The translations under genes were made by a program, and so were the position numbers. From Dehalococcoidia bacterium (GTDB lineage: Bacteria; Chloroflexota; Dehalococcoidia; UBA2979), in NCBI GenBank assembly GCA_963692775.1, contig OY839116.1, forward strand, positions 3,149,334-3,213,333: a DNA stretch of 64,000 nucleotides, in the 5' to 3' direction. The notes under the pieces are model-generated. The model was not told the DNA's origin and did no database searches. It was given only the letters and a program-made list of their open reading frames with translations. The first letter of the stretch is position 1; every line of letters starts with the position of its first letter. Shown here piece by piece: positions 23,056-31,572 of this stretch.

Positions 23056-23066
23056 GCGAGGACCGC

Positions 23067-23114
23067 CAGGCCGCGCCCACGCCGCGCCGCACCCTCCCGC
23101 GCTCCTCGCGTTGA
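23067..23114 (+). repeat. Direct repeat copy 2 (non-coding duplicate of the lhr 3' end)
   Basis: CAGGCCGCGCCCAC(G)CCGCGCCGC(A)CCCTCCC(G)CGCTCCTCGCGTTGA. The three bracketed positions differ from copy 1. Confidence 0.85.
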
Positions 23115-23184
23115 ACACAAACGCGCTAAGGTAGAAGGACGGGCGGCGCACGCCGGCGCGCCGCCGCGAGGAGCGGAGTCCCCA

Positions 23185-24006
23185 GTGCCGCGACCGATCT
23201 GGCGAGGCGCGATCAGCTTCGGCATGGTCGCCATACCCGTGCGCCTCTTTACCGCCACCGAGAGCAAGGACGTCTCCTTCCGCCAGCTGCACCGCGAGGA
23301 TCACTCGCGCGTCCGCCAGCTGCGCTGGAACCCCAACCTCGACCGCGAGGTGCCCTACGACGAGATCGTGCGCGGCTACGAGTACGCCAAGGACCGCTAC
23401 GTCGTCCTCGACAACGAGGACTTCGACAAGCTCCCCCTCCCCACGAAGCACACGATCGCGATCAAGGCGTTCGTCAAGCTCGAGGAGATCGACCCCGTCT
23501 TCTACGAGCGCGCCTACTACCTCGAACCCGACGAGACGGGCGTGAAGCCGTTCGCGCTGCTGCTCAGGGCGCTGGAGGCGAAGGGGCTGACCGCCATCGC
23601 GCAGGTCGCGATCCGCAACAAGGAGCGGCTCTGCGCGCTGCGCCCCGGCGCCGAGGGCCGCGTGCTGCTCGAGACGCTCTACTACCCGGACGAGATCCGC
23701 ACCGCCGCCCTCGAGCCGTTCGAGCAGGCCGAGGTCTCCGAGGACGAGCTGCAGATGGCGCTCACGCTGATCGAGATGCTCGAGGCCTCGTTCCAGCCCG
23801 AGGACTACCGCGACGAGTACCGCGACGCGCTGATGCAACTGATCGAGGCGAAGCTCGAGGGCCAGGAGATCGTCGAGGCCGAGGCGCCCGAGACGGCGAA
23901 GGTCGTCGATCTGATGGCCGCGCTGCGCGCGAGCGTCGAGGCCGCCTCGCAGCACGCCGCCGCGCGCGAGGACGCCCCGGCCGCCACCCAGGCGAAGGCG
24001 AGCTAG
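23185..24006 (+). CDS. ku: Ku DNA end-binding protein (NHEJ)
   Basis: 273 aa. MPRPIWRGAISFGMVAIPVRLFTAT is the signature bacterial Ku N-terminus. Confidence 0.92.
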   Translation: MPRPIWRGAISFGMVAIPVRLFTATESKDVSFRQLHREDHSRVRQLRWNPNLDREVPYDEIVRGYEYAKDRYVVLDNEDFDKLPLPTKHTIAIKAFVKLEEIDPVFYERAYYLEPDETGVKPFALLLRALEAKGLTAIAQVAIRNKERLCALRPGAEGRVLLETLYYPDEIRTAALEPFEQAEVSEDELQMALTLIEMLEASFQPEDYRDEYRDALMQLIEAKLEGQEIVEAEAPETAKVVDLMAALRASVEAASQHAAAREDAPAATQAKAS

Positions 24007-24045
24007 CCCGCGCCCGCCGGGCGCGCGCGGCGCCGGCCCGCAGCC

Positions 24046-26790
24046 ATGCCCGCTCGCAAGCCCTCGCGCAGCCTCGACGAGTACGAGGCGAAGCGCGACT
24101 TCGAGAAGACGCCCGAGCCGCCGCCCGGGCAGCCGCCCACAGCCGATGGCCCGCTCACCTTCGTCGTGCAGCAGCACCGCGCGACGCGCATGCACTACGA
24201 CCTGCGCCTTGAGGTCGGCGGCGCGATGCCCTCGTGGCCGGTGCCGCGCGGGCCCTCGCTCGACCCGTCCGAGCGGCGGCTCGCGATCCAGACGGAGGAC
24301 CACCCGCTCGGCTACGCCTCCTTCGAGGGCGTGATCCCGCAGGGCGAGTACGGCGCCGGCGAGGTGATCGTCTGGGACAACGGCGCCTACTCCCCCGACG
24401 AGGGCGGCGCGCTCTCCTTCCACGACCGTGCCGAGGCGGAGGCGCGCGTCCTCGCGGGCATCGAGGCCGGCAAGCTCTCCGTGACCTTCCGCGGGCGCAA
24501 GCTGAAGGGCTCGTGGGCGCTGGTGCGCACCAGCGAGGAGGAGCGCAGCTGGCTGCTGATCAAGCACCACGACGAGGCCGCCGATCCTTCCCGCGAGCTG
24601 GTCGCCGAAGACGCTTCCGTCATCTCGGGCCTCACGCTCGCCGACCTGCGGGCGGGCCGCCTGCCCGACCCGGCGCGGCGCGGCACGCCGCCGGACCTCG
24701 CCGCGCTGCCCGGCGTCGAGCGCGGCGAGCTGCCGCGCACGCTCGCGCCGATGCAGGCCGCCCTCGCGGACGGGCCGTTCGACGGCGCGGACTGGCTCTT
24801 CGAGCCGAAACTCGACGGCATCCGCGCGCTCGCCTTGATCGAGGACGGCGCGGTCACGCTGCGCTCGCGGCGCGGCCTCGACGTGAGCGCGCGGTACCCC
24901 GCGCTCGCGCGGGCAGTCGCCGCGCAGCCCGTGGCGAGCGCGATCCTCGACGGCGAGATCGTCGCGCTCGACGAGCGCGGCGCGCCCTCGTTCGAGCGCT
25001 TGCAGCAGCGCATGAACCTGGGCGGCGAGGCGGACGTGGCGCTCGCCGACGCCGAGCTGCCCGTGCTGTTCTTCCCCTTCGACCTGCTCTACCTCGACGG
25101 TTTCGACCTGCGGCGCGTTCCCCTCGCCGACCGCATCGAGGTGCTCGCGCGGGTGCTGCGGCCGGGGCCGCTGCTGCAACCCCTCCAGAGCTTCGAGGCG
25201 GACGGCGTCGCCGCCTACGAGGCCGCGGTCGGCCTCGGCTTCGAGGGCGTGATCGCCAAGCGGCGGGACAGCGCCTACCTCGACGGCCAGCGCTCGCGGG
25301 AGTGGCTCAAGGTGAAGGCTCGCCAGAGCGCGGACTTCGTCGTCGGCGGCTGGCGCGAGGGGGAGAGCGGGCGCGGCAGCTTCGGCGCGCTGCTGCTCGG
25401 CGTGTACGACGAGGGCGGCGCGCTGCGCTACGCGGGCCGCGTCGGCTCCGGCTTCAGCGACGGCGCTCTCGGTGAACTGCGCGCCCGCCTCGATGCGTTG
25501 GCAGCCGAGGGCGACCCGTTCGCCGACGCGCCGCCGGAGCCCGGCCGCGTGCGCTTCGTCCGCCCGGAGCTGGTCGCCGAGGTGGAGTTCGACAGCTGGA
25601 CCGGCGACGAACGGCTGCGCGCGCCCGTCTTCGTGCGCCTGCGCGACGACAAGCCGCCCTCGGAGGTCCTGCGGGCTGACGCCGTCGCGTCGCGGCCGCC
25701 AGCCGCCGAGACGCACGAGGCGACCCATCGCGGTGGCGACAGCGGCGCCGTGCTCGACCAGCTCGCGCGCGAGGGGGAACGAATGCACCTCGAGGTTGGC
25801 GGGGCGGAGCTACCCGTCACCAACCTCGACAAGGTGCTGTGGCCGGAGACGGCGCAGCAGCGCGCGCTCACCAAGCGCGACCTGCTGCGCTACCTGGCCG
25901 AGGTCTCGCCCTGGCTGCTGCCGCACCTGCGCGACCGCCCGCTGACGCTCACCCGCTACCCGAACGGCATCGAGGGCGGCTCGTTCTACCAGAAGCACTA
26001 CGACAGCCCGCCGCCGTTCGTGGAGACGGTGACCGTCTACACGGACTCGGCGGGCGGCGATCAGCAGGCGATCCTCTGCAACAACCTGCCGACGCTGCTC
26101 TGGCTCGGCCAGCTCGCGGACCTCGAGCTGCACGTCTCGCTCGCGCGCGTCAGCCCGCGGCCGGACGGCGCGCGCCTCGAGGCGAGCTTCGGCGGCTCGA
26201 AGGCGCGCGTCGAGGTGTCGCTGCTCAACTACCCGGACTTCGTACTCTTCGATCTCGACCCCTACATCTACGCCGGGACGGAGCAGGCGGGCGACGAGCC
26301 GGAGCTGAACCGGCGCGCCTTCGCGAAGACCGTCGAGGTCGCCCGAGGGCTGAAGGAGCTGCTCGACGCCGCCTCGCTGTCCTCGTTCGTGAAGACCTCG
26401 GGGGCGACGGGGCTGCACGTCCTGACGCCGGTGCTGCGGCAGTTCGACTACGCGGCGGTGCGATCGGTGGCGGAGACGTTCGGCGGCTTCCTGCAGCGCG
26501 CGCACCCGCGCGACGTGACGCTGGAGTGGGCGGTGGACAGGCGGGGCGGCAAGATCTTCCTCGACGTGAACCAGAACGCGCGGATCAAGAACCTCGCGGC
26601 CGCCTTCTCACCGCGGCCGAAGCCGGGCGCGCCGGTCTCGATGCCGCTGCGCTGGGACGAACTGGACGAGGTCTACCCGACGGACTTCACGATCCTCACG
26701 GCGCCCGCCCGCATCGCCGAGGCCGGCGACCCGTGGGCGGACATCCTCTCGCACAAGCACGACCTGGCGGCGCTGCTCGGCGCGCAGTAG
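24046..26790 (+). CDS. ligD: Multidomain ATP-dependent DNA ligase LigD (phosphoesterase - ligase - polymerase/primase)
   Basis: 914 aa. The PE domain is YEAKRDFEKTPEP...FVVQQHRATRMHYDLRLE. The ligase core is around FEPKLDGIR. The C-terminal LigD-Pol-like domain includes VKTSGATGLHV. Confidence 0.9.
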   Translation: MPARKPSRSLDEYEAKRDFEKTPEPPPGQPPTADGPLTFVVQQHRATRMHYDLRLEVGGAMPSWPVPRGPSLDPSERRLAIQTEDHPLGYASFEGVIPQGEYGAGEVIVWDNGAYSPDEGGALSFHDRAEAEARVLAGIEAGKLSVTFRGRKLKGSWALVRTSEEERSWLLIKHHDEAADPSRELVAEDASVISGLTLADLRAGRLPDPARRGTPPDLAALPGVERGELPRTLAPMQAALADGPFDGADWLFEPKLDGIRALALIEDGAVTLRSRRGLDVSARYPALARAVAAQPVASAILDGEIVALDERGAPSFERLQQRMNLGGEADVALADAELPVLFFPFDLLYLDGFDLRRVPLADRIEVLARVLRPGPLLQPLQSFEADGVAAYEAAVGLGFEGVIAKRRDSAYLDGQRSREWLKVKARQSADFVVGGWREGESGRGSFGALLLGVYDEGGALRYAGRVGSGFSDGALGELRARLDALAAEGDPFADAPPEPGRVRFVRPELVAEVEFDSWTGDERLRAPVFVRLRDDKPPSEVLRADAVASRPPAAETHEATHRGGDSGAVLDQLAREGERMHLEVGGAELPVTNLDKVLWPETAQQRALTKRDLLRYLAEVSPWLLPHLRDRPLTLTRYPNGIEGGSFYQKHYDSPPPFVETVTVYTDSAGGDQQAILCNNLPTLLWLGQLADLELHVSLARVSPRPDGARLEASFGGSKARVEVSLLNYPDFVLFDLDPYIYAGTEQAGDEPELNRRAFAKTVEVARGLKELLDAASLSSFVKTSGATGLHVLTPVLRQFDYAAVRSVAETFGGFLQRAHPRDVTLEWAVDRRGGKIFLDVNQNARIKNLAAAFSPRPKPGAPVSMPLRWDELDEVYPTDFTILTAPARIAEAGDPWADILSHKHDLAALLGAQ

Positions 26791-26823
26791 CGTCGCCGGC
26801 CCTCGGAGTCGCGATGGGCGTCA

Positions 26824-26851
26824 GGAGGCCGCCCCGGAAGGGGCGGCCTCC
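26824..26851. terminator. Bidirectional hairpin between convergent genes (12-bp stem GGAGGCCGCCCC/GGGGCGGCCTCC, GGAA loop)
   Basis: Read directly from the sequence. It lies between the ligD stop (26790) and the stop of the minus-strand hydratase (26877). Confidence 0.55.
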
Positions 26852-26876
26852 GTGCTTGCGTGTCCGGCGTCGAGGG

Positions 26877-27695
26877 CTAGCGGCCCTGGAAGACGGGCTC
26901 GCGGCGCTCCATGAAGGACGCCATGCCCTCCTTGGAGTCCTCGGTCTGGTGCGCGACCGAGCCCGCCCAGGACTCGACCTGCATTGCCTCGAGGAGCGTC
27001 GGCGCCTCGATCGCCCGCCAGATCAGCTTCTTGTCCAGCTCCAGCGTGACGGTCGGGCCGGAGGCAATCGTCTCCGCCAGTTCCATCGCGGCCGGCATCA
27101 GTTCGTCCTGCCCGTGGAGCGAGCTGACGAGGCCGATCTCCTTGGCCTCGTCGGACATCACGAAGCGGTCGGTCCAGAGCAGCTCGAGGGCCTTCGAGAT
27201 GCCCACGACGCGAGGCAGGTAGTAGGACATGCCCGCGTGCACGACCATCGCGCGCTTCGTGAAGATGGTGGAGAAGCGAGCCGACTCGGCGGCCATGCGG
27301 ATGTCGCAGGCCAGCACGAGCGCGAGGCCCGCGGCCACCGCGACGCCGTTGATGGCGGCGATGGTCGGCTTCTCGCAGTGCCCGACCTTGTGGATCGCGT
27401 AGCTGAGGACGCCGCCCGGGTACTCGGTCATCTTGCGCTCGCCGAGCTTCGCCCGGTAGATCGGGCCGTCCACGGCGGCCCGGCTCAGGTCGGCGCCGGA
27501 GGAGAAGCCCCGGCCCGCGCCCGTGAAGACGATGCAGCGGACCTCGTCGTCCAGTTCGGCCCGCTCGATCTCAACGATGATCTCGTAGAGCGAGCGGAAG
27601 GTGATCGGGTTCAGCTTCTCCGGGACGTTGAGGGTGATGATCTCAACGTGCCCCTTCTTCTCGACGCTAATCTCTTCGTACGCTTCCTCGGCCAT
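26877..27695 (-). CDS. Enoyl-CoA hydratase/isomerase (crotonase) family protein
   Basis: 272 aa with the crotonase pattern ...FTGAGRGFSSGADL... and ...AAINGVAVAAGLALVLACDIRMA. Confidence 0.85.
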   Translation of the reverse strand: MAEEAYEEISVEKKGHVEIITLNVPEKLNPITFRSLYEIIVEIERAELDDEVRCIVFTGAGRGFSSGADLSRAAVDGPIYRAKLGERKMTEYPGGVLSYAIHKVGHCEKPTIAAINGVAVAAGLALVLACDIRMAAESARFSTIFTKRAMVVHAGMSYYLPRVVGISKALELLWTDRFVMSDEAKEIGLVSSLHGQDELMPAAMELAETIASGPTVTLELDKKLIWRAIEAPTLLEAMQVESWAGSVAHQTEDSKEGMASFMERREPVFQGR

Positions 27696-27839
27696 CGGCT
27701 CTCCCCCACTACGTTCTGGTGGCGTGTTGCATCTGCCGGGACGCTCCCGGCGGCGCCATCATACACGCCCGCGCCACCTCGCCACAGCGCCCCCGGTGTA
27801 CCGTGTTCGCCGCGCACGCCCAACCGAAGGGAGCGAGGC

Positions 27840-28937
27840 ATGAAGGCAGCCCTGCTGCGAGCGATCCACGAGCCGCTGACCATCGAGGAGATCGAGATCG
27901 CCGAGCCGAAGAGCGGCGAGGCGCTCGTCCGCATCGAGGCGAGCGGCGTCTGCCACAGCGACCTGCACCGCATCCACGGCGACTTCCCTTCGCCGCTGCC
28001 GATGGTGATGGGCCACGAGGGCTCCGGCGTCGTCGAGGCGGTCGGGCCCGGCGTCGGCAGCCCGCGGGTCGGCGACCACGTCGTGCTCAGCATCGGCCCC
28101 TACTGCAACGAGTGCCTCGCCTGCGGCGCGGGCCGCTTCAGCGATTGCCCGAAGATCGCCGCGATGCGTCCCCTCGGCGCGCTCTTCGACGGCACCAGCC
28201 GCCTCAGCAAGGGCGGCGAGCGGATCAGCAACCAGTCCTTCGTCTCCTCGTTCGCCGAGTACACCGTGGTCCCCGCGACCGGCGCGATCCCCGTGCGCAA
28301 GGACGCGCCGCTCGACACGATCGCGCTCGTCGGCTGCGGCGTGACGACGGGCGTCGCGGCCGTCTTCAACGACGCCCGGGTCGCGCCCGGCGACCGCGTC
28401 GCCGTCTTCGGCTGCGGCGGCGTCGGCCTCAACGCCGTGCAGGCGGCCGCCCTCGCGGGCGCGGAGATGGTGATCGGCGTCGACCTGCTCGACTCGAAGC
28501 TCGAACTCGCGAGGGAGTTCGGCGCGACGCACACCGTCAACGCCTCCGCGGGCGACCCGGTCGAGCAGATCCGCGAGCTGACGCGCATCGGCGTCGACCA
28601 CGCCTTCGAGGTGATCGGCATCCCCGCCGTGGTGTTGCAGGGGATGGCCTCGCTCAAGCCGGGCGGCAGGATGTGGGTGCTCGGCGTGCTGCCGGCCGAC
28701 GCGGTCCTCGAGATCCCGTGGTGGCGGCTGATGGCCGGACGCCAGGGCTTGCAGTTCAGCGGCTTCGGCGCAGCCAACCCGCGCGCCGACATCCCGCGCA
28801 TCGTCGACCTCTACATGGCGGGAAAGCTGAAGCTCGACGAGCTGATCACCGAGCGCCTCCCGCTGGAGCGGATCAACGACGCCTTCGACTTGATGGAGCG
28901 CGGCGAGGTCGCCCGCACGCTGGTCTACCCGCGCTAG
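27840..28937 (+). CDS. Zinc-dependent alcohol dehydrogenase (MDR family)
   Basis: 365 aa with GVCHSDLH...GHEGSGVVEAVG and the GCGGVG Rossmann motif. Confidence 0.88.
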   Translation: MKAALLRAIHEPLTIEEIEIAEPKSGEALVRIEASGVCHSDLHRIHGDFPSPLPMVMGHEGSGVVEAVGPGVGSPRVGDHVVLSIGPYCNECLACGAGRFSDCPKIAAMRPLGALFDGTSRLSKGGERISNQSFVSSFAEYTVVPATGAIPVRKDAPLDTIALVGCGVTTGVAAVFNDARVAPGDRVAVFGCGGVGLNAVQAAALAGAEMVIGVDLLDSKLELAREFGATHTVNASAGDPVEQIRELTRIGVDHAFEVIGIPAVVLQGMASLKPGGRMWVLGVLPADAVLEIPWWRLMAGRQGLQFSGFGAANPRADIPRIVDLYMAGKLKLDELITERLPLERINDAFDLMERGEVARTLVYPR

Positions 28938-28944
28938 CCGCGCC

Positions 28945-29490
28945 TCACTCCTCCGCGCCGCCGGACGCGTCGAGTTCGTCGAGGTAGGCGAGGACGAGGC
29001 CGAGCGCGGCGGCGGCGGCGCGCTGCTTCGTCTCCTCGCGTCCGCCGGGGAAGACGCGCCGCACGACGTGCGCGTAGTCGCGGGCGACGAGCGCGATGAA
29101 GTAGAGGCCGGGCGGGCGCTCCGGGCTGGCGCGCTCCGGCGGCAGCGCGCTCGCGATGCCCGTCTCGGCCAGCGCGAGGTCCGAGCCGAAGGCCGCGCTC
29201 GCCCCCTGCGCCATCGCCAGCGCCGTCTCGGGGGAGACGGAGCCGCGCTCCTCGAGCACGGACGCCGCGACGCCGAGCAGCGCCTGCTTCGGCGGGTTCG
29301 CGTAGGCGGTGATCCCGCCGGGGAAGACGCGCGAGGAGCCGGGCACGTCCGTCAGCGTGTGCCCGATCAGCCCGCCGACCGTCGACTCGGCCGTGGCGAG
29401 GCGCAGGCCGTGCGCGGTCAGGCGCTCGACGGCCTCACGCGCGGCGGCGGCGGTCTCGTCGGCGGGCACAACGTTTCCGGCGGAGCTCAC
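28945..29490 (-). CDS. CinA C-terminal domain / nicotinamide-nucleotide amidohydrolase (PncC-like)
   Basis: ~181 aa with the LATAESTVGGLIGHTLTDVPGSSRVF motif. The GTG start overlaps the stop of the upstream peptidase gene (GTGA). Confidence 0.75.
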   Translation of the reverse strand: MSSAGNVVPADETAAAAREAVERLTAHGLRLATAESTVGGLIGHTLTDVPGSSRVFPGGITAYANPPKQALLGVAASVLEERGSVSPETALAMAQGASAAFGSDLALAETGIASALPPERASPERPPGLYFIALVARDYAHVVRRVFPGGREETKQRAAAAALGLVLAYLDELDASGGAEE

Positions 29491-31463
29491 GGCGTCAGTC
29501 CTCTCTGGAGCCAGTCGACGGTACGGTCGTAGTACTCCTTGCGCAGCGCCGCGTGGCCGCCGCGCAGGAAGAGGTGGGAGCAGCCGGGGAAGCGCGCGAA
29601 CTCCACCGTCTTGCCGCGCCGCTTGAGCGCCACGTAGAACTCCTCGGACTGCGAGATCGGCACGCGGATGTCGTCCTCTCCGTGGAGCAGCAGCACCGGC
29701 GTCGTGACGCGGCCGGCGTGGGTGAGTGGAGACCGCTCGACATAATGGTCGAATTTCTCCTGCGGCAGACCGCCCCACTGCCGCTCGCCGAACGATACGG
29801 CAATATCGGTCTGCCCGTACATCGAGACGAGGTTGGTGACGGGCGCGCCGATCACGGCCGCGCGGAAGCGCTCGTCGTGCCCGACAATCCAGCTGCTCAT
29901 GTAGCCGCCGTAGGAGTAGCCGTGCAGCCCCAGCCGCTCCTCGTCGACGTAGGGGCGGCGGCAGGCGGCGTCGACGGCCGCGAGCAGATCGAGGTAGTCC
30001 TCGCCGCCCCAGTCCTCGAAGACCTGCGCGGTGAACTCCGCCCCGTAGCTGCTGGAGCCTCGAGGGTTGACCGCGAGCACGAGGAAGCCCGCGCCCGCGA
30101 TCACCTGGTGCAGCGGGCTGAAGCCGTCGCCGTGGAAGGCGTTCGGGCCGCCGTGGATCTCCAGCACCAGCGGGTAGCGCCGCGAGGCGTCGAAGTCCGG
30201 CGGATGCACGAGCCGCGCCTCGATCGACTCGCCGGCGCGACGCACGCGGAAGCGCTCGGTGCGCCCCGGCGGATGCGCCGCGAGGTAGTCCGCGCCCGCG
30301 CGCGTGACCGTGCGCCCGCGCCCGGCGCGCAGGTCGAGCGTCCGCACCTGCGGCGCGGCCCGCGCGCTCGAGGCGACGAAGGCGAGCCGATCGCCCTCGG
30401 CGCTCGCGTCGAGGCCGCCGATCAACTCGCGGCGCGCGCGCACTGCCTCGACCTTGCCCGAGGGCGTCGCGGCATGGATGCCGGACGAGCCCGCCGCGTC
30501 GGCGAGGAACAGCACGCGCCCCTCGCGCCAGACGAGCGGGGGCGCGGGGGCAATCGGGAAAAAGCCTGTCTGCGGGTCGATCGAGTCGTCCGTGAGGCGC
30601 CGGCACTCGCCCGATGCGAGGTCGAGTAGGTAGAGGTAGCGCTGCCAGGTGTTGTCCTCGGGCGCGCCGACGAAGGCGATCTGCTCCTCGCCCGGCGCGC
30701 GTCCTGGCCGCCAGGCGATGCCGCCGACGGCGACGACGTCGCGCGCGAACCGCTGCACGCGACCGCCCTCGGCGGGCATCACGCACAGCTCCGCGCCCCA
30801 CGGCGCCCGCTCGTGCCGCTTCCGCGAGCGGTCCGAGGCGAAGGCGAGCATCGCGCCGCCCGGTGAGACGGCGAGCGCGCGGTGCTGGAAGTCGCCGCGC
30901 GTCAGCCGCCGGGCGCGCCCGCCCGCGACCGGCACGGCGAAGATCTGCCGCCGGGTCCGGCCGCGCCAGCCGATCGTGTCGCCTCGGTAGTAGATCTCGT
31001 GCACCTCGCGCACGCGCGGCAGCGGCGGGTCGCGTTCCTCGGAGGCGGGAAGGGCGTCGGGGTCGACGTCGCTGGTGCAGTAGAGCATCGCGCCGTCCGG
31101 GGACCATGCGAACTCCGCCACGCCGCCGCGCAACGAGGTCAGCGGCGCCGCTTCGCCGTCCGCCGGCTGTAGCCAGATCTGCGGCGCTCCCTCCTCCTCG
31201 CGGCGCAGGAAGGCGAGCGCGCCGCCGTCCGGCGACCAGCGCGGCGACCCGTCGCGCGGGCCCTCGGTGAGTCGCCGCGCCGCGCCGCCGCCGAACGGGA
31301 CGCCCTCGATGTGCGACTCGCTCGCCAGCGTCTCGCGGTCGACGTGCGTGACGACGTAGGCGACCGCGCCGTCGCCCGGTCGGATCGACGGTGACCCGAC
31401 GGAGGGCAGGTCGAGCACGAAGCCGCTGTCGAAGGGGCGGGGCCGGGGTGCTGGTTCGGACAC
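29487..31463 (-). CDS. S9-family serine peptidase (beta-propeller plus prolyl-oligopeptidase-type hydrolase domain)
   Basis: Repeated WSPDG propeller motifs are present. The catalytic region is GYSYGGYM...LLLHGEDDIRVP. The start is placed at the GTG at 31463; the ORF is open to 31574. Confidence 0.8.
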   Translation of the reverse strand: MSEPAPRPRPFDSGFVLDLPSVGSPSIRPGDGAVAYVVTHVDRETLASESHIEGVPFGGGAARRLTEGPRDGSPRWSPDGGALAFLRREEEGAPQIWLQPADGEAAPLTSLRGGVAEFAWSPDGAMLYCTSDVDPDALPASEERDPPLPRVREVHEIYYRGDTIGWRGRTRRQIFAVPVAGGRARRLTRGDFQHRALAVSPGGAMLAFASDRSRKRHERAPWGAELCVMPAEGGRVQRFARDVVAVGGIAWRPGRAPGEEQIAFVGAPEDNTWQRYLYLLDLASGECRRLTDDSIDPQTGFFPIAPAPPLVWREGRVLFLADAAGSSGIHAATPSGKVEAVRARRELIGGLDASAEGDRLAFVASSARAAPQVRTLDLRAGRGRTVTRAGADYLAAHPPGRTERFRVRRAGESIEARLVHPPDFDASRRYPLVLEIHGGPNAFHGDGFSPLHQVIAGAGFLVLAVNPRGSSSYGAEFTAQVFEDWGGEDYLDLLAAVDAACRRPYVDEERLGLHGYSYGGYMSSWIVGHDERFRAAVIGAPVTNLVSMYGQTDIAVSFGERQWGGLPQEKFDHYVERSPLTHAGRVTTPVLLLHGEDDIRVPISQSEEFYVALKRRGKTVEFARFPGCSHLFLRGGHAALRKEYYDRTVDWLQRGLTP

Positions 31464-31572
31464 GGCGTCCCCTCGGGCGTGCCGGGGGCATGCTACGCGG
31501 CGCGCACGTGTGTCGCCGCCTTGACCGCGGGGCGGCGGCGTTGGACGGTGCTGCCGTCCGACCGGAGGGACC